Source of the DNA: a bacterium
GTDB lineage: Bacteria; Hinthialibacterota; Hinthialibacteria; Hinthialibacterales; Hinthialibacteraceae
DNA length: 43,538 nt
Assembly (NCBI GenBank): GCA_041946805.1
Contig: JBHGBC010000036.1
Location: 1 to 43,538 of the forward strand
Reading direction: 5' to 3'
Positions 1 through 8,704 of the stretch are shown here, piece after piece (position 1 is the first letter of the stretch; every line of letters begins with the position of its first letter). The position numbers were made by a program, and so were the translations under genes. The notes below the pieces were generated by a model. That model saw only the letters and a list, made by a program, of their open reading frames with translations. It made no database searches and was not told the origin of the DNA.

Positions 1-2
1 CC

Positions 3-296
3 GGCCAGCAGCACCTCGTCGGCCATTTCGCCCAACGCGGCCCGCAGCAACAGCGCCGGGGCCGGCAGCAAGGTCGGACGCCGCAGCACGCGGCCAAGCG
101 TCTGGATGAACTCGCGATTGGTCACCGGGCGCGGGGCGGTCAGGTTCACGGGCCCACGGACCGCCTCGTCCAACAGGATGTACTCCATGGCCTCGATCTG
201 GTCGCGAAGCGTAATCCAACTGATGTATTGTCGGCCGCTGCCCAAGCGACCGCCCAGGCCCAGACGCACCAGCGGCAACATTCGGGCCAACGCGCC
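3..296 (-). pseudogene. Fragment of a TIGR01777/YfcH-family NAD-dependent epimerase (DUF1731 region); 5' part missing, runs off the window start
   Basis: Manual translation of the reverse strand gives GALARMLPLVRLGLGGRLGSGRQYISWITLRDQIEAMEYILLDEAVRGPVNLTAPRPVTNREFIQTLGRVLRRPTLLPAPALLLRAALGEMADEVLLA. This has the family motifs GLGGxxGSGxQxxSWI, GPVNLTAPxPVTN and LGEMA. Similarity stops abruptly above ~298. Not in the ORF track. Confidence 0.8.
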
Positions 297-1218
297 GCAA
301 TTGATCCAAGGCGAACGGTACGAACGCGCGCTGGCGTTGATCGACATTTCCGCCCGTGATTTTTACTTGGTGGACTTGTTCCACATCGTGGGGGGCGGCG
401 ATCACGCCAAGTTCCTGTCCTCCACGTTCGGAACGGTAACCACGGGAAAACTGAATCTCCAGCCCGCGCCGGATTATGGCGGCAACACCTTGATGCGGAA
501 TTTCCATAGCGATCCCCACGCCCCCGCCGGTTGGTCGGCGGTGTGGGCGGTCGAAGACCGGATGAAATACCTCCCGCCGGAAGCGTCCGTGCGTTTGCGT
601 TATACCGATCTGACCGCGAACGCCGAAGCGTCCGTGGCGGAATGCTGGGTGGACGCGGGCCTGTTCGGCGGTACTCCCGACTGGATTCCCCGCCTGATGA
701 TCCGCCGCAAAACCGATTTGCCCCCGCTGCGGTCCTGCTTCGTGGCGGTGATCGATCCGTATGAACAGGAACCGGTAATCCAAACGATACAGCGCCTGCC
801 GTTGGAAATCCCTGGAGAGAGGGAACCGTCCGATTTTAACGGAGCGCTGGCGCTCGATCTTCGGGACGGCCGCCGCCATGTCTTGGCCTTTATGGGAACT
901 CCATTACCCCCCGCCGCCGATGCGCAAGCCGCCGATGCGCAAGCCGCCGATCTTGAATTGCGTTTCCATGCGGAGATTGTTTTTGTATCGGAGCGTGGAA
1001 ATCAGGCCGAGCGGGTGGTTTTATGCAACGGAAATACTCTCCACTACAAAGGATTGGAACTTCGCCTGCGTGAATCCGTGGCCTTTTTGGAATTATCCCT
1101 GGACGGGAATACCGCCCGCATCGAAGCGTGTGACAAGCCACCCGCCATCGAAACGCTGCAGTACACATCGCCGGAGGGGAAGACGATACGATATGTGGTG
1201 ACCGGAATAGGGAAATGA
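292..1218 (+). CDS. C-terminal part of a probable heparinase II/III-like (polysaccharide lyase-related) protein; 5' end missing
   Basis: Track ORF 106..1218. The first ~62 codons are the antisense of the epimerase fragment. The protein-like part starts at APQLIQGERYERALALIDIS..FYLVDLFHIVGG and includes SCFVAVIDPYE, as recalled for C-terminal regions of heparinase II/III-family proteins. Confidence 0.5.
   Translation, partial: APQLIQGERYERALALIDISARDFYLVDLFHIVGGGDHAKFLSSTFGTVTTGKLNLQPAPDYGGNTLMRNFHSDPHAPAGWSAVWAVEDRMKYLPPEASVRLRYTDLTANAEASVAECWVDAGLFGGTPDWIPRLMIRRKTDLPPLRSCFVAVIDPYEQEPVIQTIQRLPLEIPGEREPSDFNGALALDLRDGRRHVLAFMGTPLPPAADAQAADAQAADLELRFHAEIVFVSERGNQAERVVLCNGNTLHYKGLELRLRESVAFLELSLDGNTARIEACDKPPAIETLQYTSPEGKTIRYVVTGIGK
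913..951 (+). repeat. In-frame 15-bp tandem repeat (GCCGCCGATGCGCAA x2.6; encodes AADAQ-AADAQ-AAD)
   Basis: Read directly: units at 913-927, 928-942 and a partial unit at 943-951. Confidence 0.9.
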
Positions 1219-1246
1219 GGATGCATGCTGAGAACGGCCTTCGAAT

Positions 1247-1280
1247 CCTCTCTCCCTCTGGGAGAGGGCCAGGGTGAAGG
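1247..1280 (+). repeat. BoxC-like palindromic repeat
   Basis: CCTCTCTCCCTCTGGGAGAGGGCCAGGGTGAAGG; the same motif recurs about 12 times in intergenic DNA of this window. Confidence 0.85.
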
Positions 1281-1368
1281 AAAACTGTTTCACCGCGCTG
1301 AAATCGCTTTGGATTTTGTTTGTGCCTCGGATTCAGGGGAGTCCCCTTCAAGGAACGGCTTTACCGCA

Positions 1369-1390
1369 GTCCAGGATTTCAAGCCTGGGC
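1369..1390. repeat. REP-like hairpin related to the copy at 27279-27299
   Basis: GTCCAGGATTTCAAGCCTGGGC versus GCCCAGGGTTTTAACCCTGGG; both lie downstream of a BoxC-like copy. Confidence 0.5.
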
Positions 1391-1423
1391 AAAAACCGCA
1401 GGGACGCATTTGCCGGATGAGCC

Positions 1424-1462
1424 AAAAAAATCCGCCCCGGGGGATTTTCCTCCGGGACGGAT
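1424..1462 (-). terminator. Rho-independent terminator of the beta-helix gene
   Basis: Minus strand ATCCGTCCCGGAGGA-AAA-TCCCCCGGGGCGGAT followed by TTTTTT, ~30 nt after the stop codon at 1491. Confidence 0.8.
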
Positions 1463-1490
1463 CTTTCATGAATCGTACCCGATTCCAATC

Positions 1491-3167
1491 TTATTCGAAG
1501 ACGCTCCAGTTGGTGATGGTAGTACCGCGGCAGGTGGAGAAATCGGCGCCCATGCCCTGTCCGGGTGAATTCGCGGCAAGTTCAAACGGATTGGGGGCGT
1601 CCGGATCGGTATTGACAAACACGGGAGTTCCCCGCGTCACCGTGGCCGCGCCCTCGAAGTTATAATCGAATCCGCAGTACAGCCGGCAGCCGGTGATGTC
1701 ATCGGCCAGGGCCTCGTCCCAGGGACGGCTGTCTTCGCTGGCGATGTCGCCCACCAAGCAGTTGTTGATCATGATCATCGCGTCGTTGTCGTGGAAGCGG
1801 TTGAAAACCGCGGACCATTTGTTGGTTCCGAAATTCGCCTGGCCGAAATCCCAGGCCGGATAGAGTCCATTCTGGAGATCGGGATGGTCCGCGGTCAACG
1901 TAATCCCATCCATGTCCACGGCCGGCGGAGTGTTGTAACCAATCTGATGGAAAATGCTGTTGCTGATGGAGATGGAGGCGAAGCCGGTTTGGTAATTGGC
2001 GCCCGCGCCGCGGTCGGCCTCGCCCGCGCATGCTCCGTTCAGGCACGAGACGAACGTGCAGTGGTCCACCGTCATCGCGTCGGCATCGCTGTTGTTGACC
2101 CCGCCCATATATCCTTGCTGATAATTGGCGCTGCCGCAGTTCACAAACAGGCAATTTTTCACCTGGGCGGAACAGGAATGGCTGTCCTGCTTCATGATGG
2201 ACACGGCCGCGTTGCGGTCATCGCCCCGGCGTCCCTGGCAGACGCGGGTGAATACGCAGCATTCCACGTTGACGTTCGCGCCGCGGGAGCGGATGGCGAA
2301 TTTCCCGTTCGCGTCGAAGCGGCAGCCTTTCACAAGGATGTTCAACGATCCCCCGCCCGTGCCCCGGTTCGATGGAAAGATGCCATAGTCCCAATTGTGG
2401 TGGAAATAACAGTTCTCGAAGGAGATCGTGACATCCCGGCCATCGCTGTAATGGTCCATCCGGGTGTAACCGGCCGATTGGGCGTATCCCCCGTCCTTGT
2501 CTCCCTTGCGTTCCAGGTAGCCGGGCGCGTCGATCGTCGGTTCCACGACAGCCGCGTCGGTGGCCACGCCCGTGAATTCGCAATCGCGGACCACGCAGCC
2601 GTTGCAATCCCGGCCGCCGGAAACGGTCACGCCCCCCGTGCCTTGCTGGGCGAAGAAGAGCAGGGTGTTGGGGAACTCGATGAAGTGCGCGGTTCCCGCG
2701 TGCGGGCGGAACAGGCAATTTTGGATCACTACGTTATCCGCCATTACGAACAGCGCGCCCAGTCCCAATCCCGAACCGGTATCGAGATCCGGATGCCCCT
2801 CGATGATCAGGTTGGAAATCACCGAATTGTTGGCGAAAAGGCCGAATCCCGCGCCCCGGTCGGTCCCGGACCGGTGCACCTCGTCGTAGGTCTTGACCGC
2901 CGCCGGCGTGATCACCGGCCGTTGGTCCCCGGTTTGATTCGAGGTCAGGGTGACCGCCGGCCCGCCCGTGTCCGGATCGCCGATTTCCACGTTTTCCACG
3001 TAATTGGCGCTGTCGGTGATCGTGATCAAGGTGGCCCCGCTGTTGACCGCTTCCTGGATTGTTTTGAAATCGCCCGCGCCGGATTGATTGACCGTCACGG
3101 ACGGGGCTGTCCAACCTGTCATGACGGCGGCCCCCAGAGCCATCCACAACCAGAATAGTCTTTTCAT
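1491..3167 (-). CDS. Secreted right-handed parallel beta-helix (pectin lyase-like fold) protein
   Basis: Signal peptide MKRLFWLWMALGAAV; pectinesterase-type N-terminal motif VTVNQSGAGDFKTIQEAVN; repeated beta-helix stacks (IQNCLF, VRDCEF, FENCYF, VKGCRF, VKNCLF, VDHCTF, ISNSIF); GGAGG RBS upstream. Confidence 0.8.
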   Translation of the reverse strand: MKRLFWLWMALGAAVMTGWTAPSVTVNQSGAGDFKTIQEAVNSGATLITITDSANYVENVEIGDPDTGGPAVTLTSNQTGDQRPVITPAAVKTYDEVHRSGTDRGAGFGLFANNSVISNLIIEGHPDLDTGSGLGLGALFVMADNVVIQNCLFRPHAGTAHFIEFPNTLLFFAQQGTGGVTVSGGRDCNGCVVRDCEFTGVATDAAVVEPTIDAPGYLERKGDKDGGYAQSAGYTRMDHYSDGRDVTISFENCYFHHNWDYGIFPSNRGTGGGSLNILVKGCRFDANGKFAIRSRGANVNVECCVFTRVCQGRRGDDRNAAVSIMKQDSHSCSAQVKNCLFVNCGSANYQQGYMGGVNNSDADAMTVDHCTFVSCLNGACAGEADRGAGANYQTGFASISISNSIFHQIGYNTPPAVDMDGITLTADHPDLQNGLYPAWDFGQANFGTNKWSAVFNRFHDNDAMIMINNCLVGDIASEDSRPWDEALADDITGCRLYCGFDYNFEGAATVTRGTPVFVNTDPDAPNPFELAANSPGQGMGADFSTCRGTTITNWSVFE

Positions 3168-3340
3168 GTCGATCCCTCCTCGAGATATGTAGGATATGAT
3201 CCCGGCTCATCCTACCCCCGGGGGTTTCCAACTATCCATGGCAGTGGGGATCAAAAGAGGCAAAAAGTTACTTGCTTGCAAGAGCGGGAAAATCCGGATT
3301 CCCTCCCTCCTGGCATCGTGCCGAGGTTCTTGGCAATACC

Positions 3341-3366
3341 CAGGGGCGCGTAACGAGGCGCCCCTG
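3341..3366. repeat. REP-like GC hairpin
   Basis: CAGGGGCGC-gtaacgag-GCGCCCCTG, a perfect 9-bp stem similar to GTAG-type REP stems. Confidence 0.45.
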
Positions 3367-3628
3367 CCCTCCGATGACAGGAGTGATTGCTTTTCGGAGA
3401 TCTTATGCCGGCCGAATGCCTGACCAATCTGGGGATCTGATAATTGGATCCCGCTCCGGATTCCAATCCGGAGGGTACTATTCGCCCCTCCCGATTTCCC
3501 TGGTCTTTTCCGTTTGTTGAGCGCTTGGTTATTTGTGGCGCGGATCCGTCCGGATCCCCTCGGAGGGGAGGAAGGTATCCGCCCTGATTTATGCATGGCG
3601 CGGCGTATCTTTCTCCCTGTTTTTCCCC

Positions 3629-4672
3629 CTACCCCCGCACCCGCCGGAAGCGGACGAAGAGATTCTTGACTTTGGACATGAAGACCATGCGGGAGGCCGG
3701 TTTGGTTTCGGGCGCGGCGGGAGTAACCGGTTGCGGTTGGACTTTCTGGATTTTATATTGCTCGATGTATACGACTACTTTTTCCAAGACGGTGATGGCT
3801 TTTTCCAGAAACACCACTTCTTCCCGCTTCTGACTCAGCGTGGTATCCACCTGGTTGAGATCATTGATGAACTGATCGATCTCGTATTTTTCCTTAATGG
3901 GGAGATTGAGCGAATAGTTTTTGTTCATCAGGAGGCAGGCTTTTTTCAACATGCCCACCACCAACTCTTTTTTCGGCGACGATTTGATCTTCGCCTGAAT
4001 GATCTTGGCGTTGGTTTGTACGAACGATTTGGAGAAACGGGAAAACAATTCGATGAGATCCAGCTCCTTCTTGTAGATTTCCCGCTGGGAGATCAGCTGC
4101 TGGTGCAGGGCGGTGAAATACAGGCTGATCAATCCCTTCACCTTGGGGGGTTGAACGATGTGCTTGTTTATCATCAAGGTGAACAGGTCCTTGGTGGCCT
4201 TGTAATAATTCGCGGTCCAGTTGGCGCACACCCGTTCCTTGTGGGTTAAAAAATTGAGCGTTTGATTTTTCTCGGCGAGTCCGAATTGCGCGTGGTTGGA
4301 GGTGAACAGGTAATGAACGATCCGTTCCGAATTGCGGATGGAAGCCAGGCAAGCTTTGTAGCGGTCGTCCTGTTCGATTTGCAACAGTTCGTATAATTTC
4401 TTGTCCTTGAACGATTCGGAGATCCTCTCCCGCTTGGAAATTTCCTTGAAAACATTGTCGACGGTATCGAGGACGACCTGGCCGTTTTGAATTTTCTCGA
4501 TCACTTCATCCCGTTTCACACCGGGATGTTCCTTCAGGAATTCGTTGATGATCGACTGCCGGAAATGTTCAGTGAAGATGTTTTGAATATCCCCGATGCG
4601 CCGATCGATGATATCTTGTTCGGTCACTTGCGCGGCCGCTTGACGGCGGCCGGTGGATGAGATGGAAGTCAT
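3629..4672 (-). CDS. Hypothetical cytoplasmic, helical K/E-rich protein (347 aa)
   Basis: Long ORF with natural amino-acid composition, lower GC than neighbours, own AT-rich upstream region (4865-4990); no motif recognised. Confidence 0.75.
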   Translation of the reverse strand: MTSISSTGRRQAAAQVTEQDIIDRRIGDIQNIFTEHFRQSIINEFLKEHPGVKRDEVIEKIQNGQVVLDTVDNVFKEISKRERISESFKDKKLYELLQIEQDDRYKACLASIRNSERIVHYLFTSNHAQFGLAEKNQTLNFLTHKERVCANWTANYYKATKDLFTLMINKHIVQPPKVKGLISLYFTALHQQLISQREIYKKELDLIELFSRFSKSFVQTNAKIIQAKIKSSPKKELVVGMLKKACLLMNKNYSLNLPIKEKYEIDQFINDLNQVDTTLSQKREEVVFLEKAITVLEKVVVYIEQYKIQKVQPQPVTPAAPETKPASRMVFMSKVKNLFVRFRRVRG

Positions 4673-5042
4673 CGTCCCCGCCTTATCCAGAACCCCGGAT
4701 GTGCCATTGAACCGGGAGCTTCACTCCGTTGCCTGAAATCGTTCCGCATCCATGGAATTCGAGCCGGGGCCACCGGGGAGGTTAAACCTCGTACCCCCGT
4801 GGGAAAAGAGACACTCCCGGCGCATGGCCGGCATGGGATAATCATCGGCTTTTCGCGCCGTTTCTGTAACTCATTGAATTTAGTTTGTATAAAGAGATAA
4901 TACAGGTTATGAAATGTAAAGAATCGTTATAGTTTTTAAATTATCTTTATATATTTTAACCCGCAGGGGATAAAAAAACAATTGTAATGAAGGGCATCCA
5001 GGAATCGCGTGGGGATGAGCCTGGATCGTATGAAGATGGCGT

Positions 5043-6323
5043 TCACTCCGCGGGGGGGATGGTTTTGCCCTGAGGATCCTTCAGGGGATGGTCAGTGGCT
5101 TTTTCGAGCTGGCCGACCAGGCCGGGGGACAAATGGTGCTCCACCCGGTCGGCGGGCGCGTGCTGGTGATCGGGCGGGTAACCCAGATCGTCCAGGTAGG
5201 TTTCATACAACCGGTGCGCCCGGATGAGATCCATCGCCTTGGCGTGGCCGGCAGTGGACAGGGAGAAACGGTCTTGATCCCGGCGCAGCAGCCCAGCCCG
5301 ATTCAGCCGCCGGGTGCTGGCTTGGGCCTCGGGTGCCAGCCAGTGCAGGGCCGCGCCCAACTGTCCGGTGGTAAACGAGTGGGCGGTTTCGGTTTCCCAC
5401 TGGCGGCGCGCCCAGAGGAGGGCGTCTTCGTCGGCGGCGCGGCGGCGCAGGCGGCGCAAGCGGAGCCAGCGGATCACCAGCCCATGACTGGGAGAGAATA
5501 AAAACGCCGCGGTGAAAAACAGGCCGCAAACGCTGCCCACTGCCCCGGCGATGGAGCAATCCAGCTGGACGGACAGGAGATACCCAAATACGGAAGCGCC
5601 CGCTCCCCAAGCCGTGGAAATCATCAGCATGCGGTTGAGATTTTCGGTCAGCAAGTAGGCGGTGGCGGGCGGGGTGATCAGCATGGCGGTCACCAGGATC
5701 ACGCCCACGCTTTCGAAAGCGCCGACCGTGGTGAGGGCCACGAGAGTCATCAGCAGGTAATGGAAAAACGTCACCGGAATCCCCACCGCCGCCGCCAGGT
5801 CCGGATCGAAGGCGGCGAGTTTGAATTCCTTGTAAAACAGGGTGATCACGGCCAGGTTCAGGAGAAACAGGCCGCCGTTGATCCATACCGGCCGGGGGCC
5901 CAGGGAACGGCCGTTCCAGAGCCAGAGATCGAACGGGGTATAGGCGATTTCGCCGTAGAGGACGCAATCGAGATCGAGGTGCACGGCGTGGCCGAAGAGG
6001 GACACGCCCACCACGCCCAGCGCGAAGAGGGAGGTGAAGGTGACTCCCAGGGCGGCATCACTTTGCACGCCTCCCTGGTTGAGCCATTGAACCAAGAAGG
6101 TGGTCAACAGCCCCACGGCGGCCGCGCCCAGGACCATCGCCATGGGATTCAGGCTGCCGGTGAGCAGAAAGGCGATGACGATCCCCGGCAGGATCGCGTG
6201 GCTGATGGCGTCGCCCATCAGGGACAGGCGGCGTAAAACCAAAAAACACCCCACCAGCGAACACGCGCCCGCCACCAAGGCTCCGGTCAACACAATCCAA
6301 AACGCGCTCATGAAATCGGTCAT
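5043..6323 (-). CDS. Mn/Zn/Fe ABC transporter permease (MntD/TroD-like) with C-terminal DtxR-like domain
   Basis: ABC-3 permease signature LRRLSLMGDAISHAILPGI and FESVGVILV; tail with HRLYETYL..ADRVEHHL..HPLKDPQGKTIP resembles the DtxR metal-binding/dimerisation domain. Confidence 0.92.
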   Translation of the reverse strand: MTDFMSAFWIVLTGALVAGACSLVGCFLVLRRLSLMGDAISHAILPGIVIAFLLTGSLNPMAMVLGAAAVGLLTTFLVQWLNQGGVQSDAALGVTFTSLFALGVVGVSLFGHAVHLDLDCVLYGEIAYTPFDLWLWNGRSLGPRPVWINGGLFLLNLAVITLFYKEFKLAAFDPDLAAAVGIPVTFFHYLLMTLVALTTVGAFESVGVILVTAMLITPPATAYLLTENLNRMLMISTAWGAGASVFGYLLSVQLDCSIAGAVGSVCGLFFTAAFLFSPSHGLVIRWLRLRRLRRRAADEDALLWARRQWETETAHSFTTGQLGAALHWLAPEAQASTRRLNRAGLLRRDQDRFSLSTAGHAKAMDLIRAHRLYETYLDDLGYPPDHQHAPADRVEHHLSPGLVGQLEKATDHPLKDPQGKTIPPAE

Positions 6324-6335
6324 GGTAATCCTGCC

Positions 6336-7619
6336 TTACCCCGGCAGGGGGTGCGCGCTGGGCGGCCGTTTGGGTTCCATCCCATGACGCCGCAGCAATT
6401 CCTCCAATTCAGCCACGATGTCTGGATTCAACACGTGCTCGATGACGTCCGCGTCGCGGTCGACATGATCGGCCCGCAAGTCATGTTCGTGCATCAGGTA
6501 CATTTCCCATAACCGGTGATTGCGGGTGACGCGGAAGGCTTCTCCCAGGCCTTTCTCGTTCAGGCAGGCCTGGCCGTTCTCGAAACGCAACAATCCTTCG
6601 CGGGCCAGCCGGGCCAGGTTCTGGGCCGCGCGGGAGGGATTCAGCCCCCGCCGGGCGGCGATTTCCTCCACGGGGATGGGTTGGTTCCAGGCGGTTTTCC
6701 GTTCGGCCCATTCGTAGATGGAGCGCAAGGTGTTCTCGCGGGCGATCCGCCGGCGCAGCCTCCAGGCGCGTACGGCCTTGGCCACCCAGCCGCGCCGGGG
6801 AGCGAACCACAGCGAGAGGAGAAACAGGGCGGCGGCGGAGAGCACGATCAGGGGGCCGGTGGCCAGGCGCGGAGCCAGAGTGCTGAGAGCCGTACCCGCC
6901 GCTCCCGAGAACGCGCCGATCGCGCCGGACAGGAAAATCATCCGGTGAAGGGAATCGGTCCAGAAGCGCGCGGCGGCCGCGGGAGTGATCAACATGGCCA
7001 CCATCAGCACCACGCCCACCGCCTGCAGGCCGATGACCACCACTCCCGCGATGAGCAGGTTGAGCAGGGCGTCCAGTAGCGCCGAAGGGAATCCCAGGCT
7101 GTCGGCGAAACCGGGATCGAAGCAAAGCAGTTTCAGTTCCTTGTACAGGCCCATGGCCAGCAGCCCGGCCAAGGATGAGCAGATCACCATGATCTGGACA
7201 TCGGCTCCCACCAGGGAGGCGGCCTGGCCGAAGAGAAATTTGTCCAGCCCGGCCTTTTGCCCGCCCGCGCGCAGGATAAAGGTCAGCAGAACGATGCCGA
7301 ACGCGAAAAACACGGTGAGAACCATGCCCAGGGCGGCGTCTTCCTTGATCCGGGAATAGCGGGTGATGGCCTGGACGCAGAACGCGCCGAGCAGGCCGGC
7401 CAGCAGCGCGCCGGCCATCATCCAGGGCAGGGAGCGTTGGCCGCCGGAGAGCAGGAAGGCCAGGCAGATGCCTGGCAGCGAAGCGTGGGCCAGGGCGTCG
7501 CCCAGCAGGCTGCGGCGGCGCAGCATGGCGAACGCGCCTAGAATCCCTCCGCCGGCGCCCAGCAGGATGCAGCCGGTCAGGACCCAGCGGGTGTTGGGAT
7601 CGCTCAGCCAGGAAGTCAT
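6336..7619 (-). CDS. Mn/Zn/Fe ABC transporter permease (MntC/TroC-like) fused to a DtxR-like wHTH and dimerisation domain
   Basis: [36 protein letters not shown]; tail [32 protein letters not shown]. Start reassigned to the ATG at 7619 (MTSWLSDPN), which overlaps the ATPase stop as ATGA. Confidence 0.92.
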   Translation of the reverse strand: MTSWLSDPNTRWVLTGCILLGAGGGILGAFAMLRRRSLLGDALAHASLPGICLAFLLSGGQRSLPWMMAGALLAGLLGAFCVQAITRYSRIKEDAALGMVLTVFFAFGIVLLTFILRAGGQKAGLDKFLFGQAASLVGADVQIMVICSSLAGLLAMGLYKELKLLCFDPGFADSLGFPSALLDALLNLLIAGVVVIGLQAVGVVLMVAMLITPAAAARFWTDSLHRMIFLSGAIGAFSGAAGTALSTLAPRLATGPLIVLSAAALFLLSLWFAPRRGWVAKAVRAWRLRRRIARENTLRSIYEWAERKTAWNQPIPVEEIAARRGLNPSRAAQNLARLAREGLLRFENGQACLNEKGLGEAFRVTRNHRLWEMYLMHEHDLRADHVDRDADVIEHVLNPDIVAELEELLRRHGMEPKRPPSAHPLPG

Positions 7620-8458
7620 GGCTTGCCTTCCTGAGGCGCGCCGCGCGCCACGGCCTCGGCGATCTCGGTGAGGATGGTGAGCCGCCCGCCGTAGGTTTTT
7701 TTCAGATTGTCCGGCGTGAAGACCTCCCCGCACGGGCCGATGGCGATCAGGCGCATGTTCAGCAGGCACACCCAGTCGAAATACTCGCGCACGGTCTGCA
7801 GGTCGTGATGGACCACGAAAACGGTTTTTCCCTGCGCCTTGAGTTCCTTGAGCAGATTCACGATGGCTTTTTCGGTGGCGGCGTCCACCCCCGCGAAGGG
7901 TTCATCCATGAAGTAGATCTGGGAATTCTGGGCCAGGGCGCGGGCCAGAAAGACGCGTTGCTGTTGACCGCCGGAAAGTTGGCTGATCTGCCGGTGGGCA
8001 TAATCGTCCATGCCGGTCTTCCGGAGGCATTCCCAGGCAAACTCACGGTCGGCGCGGCCGGGGCGGCGGATCCAGCCCAGTTGGCCGTAGACGCCCATCA
8101 GCACCACATCGAGCGCGTCGGTGGGAAAATCCCAATCGACCGATTCGCGTTGGGGGACGTAGCCGATCCGTTTGCGTTCCTTGTGGATGGGATTGCCGTA
8201 GCAGCGCACCCAGCCCGAGGCGATGGGCGCCAGGCCCAAGGCCGCCTTGATGAGGGTGGATTTGCCCGCGCCGTTGGGACCGACGATGCCGATCAACACC
8301 CCCTCGGGGACGGCGAAGTCGATATCCCACAGCACCGGTTTGCGGTGGTACGCCACGGTGAGATCGTGGATCTCCAGCGGCGGGGGATCGGGAATCACCC
8401 AACGGGCCGCGCCGGCCGCGCGTTCTTCTTCCACGGGTATGGATTGCGTGGGATTCAT
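7616..8458 (-). CDS. Metal ABC transporter ATP-binding protein (MntB/TroB-like)
   Basis: Walker [24 protein letters not shown], signature LSGGQQQR, Walker [13 protein letters not shown]-loop VVHHDL. Confidence 0.96.
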   Translation of the reverse strand: MNPTQSIPVEEERAAGAARWVIPDPPPLEIHDLTVAYHRKPVLWDIDFAVPEGVLIGIVGPNGAGKSTLIKAALGLAPIASGWVRCYGNPIHKERKRIGYVPQRESVDWDFPTDALDVVLMGVYGQLGWIRRPGRADREFAWECLRKTGMDDYAHRQISQLSGGQQQRVFLARALAQNSQIYFMDEPFAGVDAATEKAIVNLLKELKAQGKTVFVVHHDLQTVREYFDWVCLLNMRLIAIGPCGEVFTPDNLKKTYGGRLTILTEIAEAVARGAPQEGKP

Positions 8459-8485
8459 GATTCGTGTCCTGGTTTATTTCAACGC

Positions 8486-8704
8486 CTTATTGGTTCATCC
8501 GGTTACTGCGTACCGATTGTCATGACAACATATCCCGTATCCAACCGGGCTCAATTGAGATATCCACCCCCAATCCCCTCTCCCTCTGGGAGAGGGTTAG
8601 GGTGAGGGAATTGGGGTAGGGGCGGACCTGGCAGTCCACCCGCAACCGGGAAGAAATGGAGCACTTTTTTCACCGCCAAGTACGCACTGGCCGGATGAAC
8701 CGCG
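8486..8704. mobile_element. Non-autonomous MITE-like insertion (~220 bp) between the binding-protein and ATPase genes
   Basis: Imperfect 22-bp inverted repeats at 8492-8513 and 8680-8701 (19/22); flanking 12-bp direct repeat TTATTTCAACGC at 8474-8485 and 8705-8716; internal BoxC-like repeat (8575-8608) and GTAG-type hairpin (8616-8641). Confidence 0.7.

Noticed and set aside
106..291. N-terminus of the 370-aa ORF
   Set aside because: It is the antisense of the epimerase fragment, not part of the downstream protein.
1225..1665. ORFs containing PLGEGQGEG/PPGEDWGEG peptides (also 10680 extension, 26031..27131, 27177..27416)
   Set aside because: These are translations of the BoxC-like DNA repeat.
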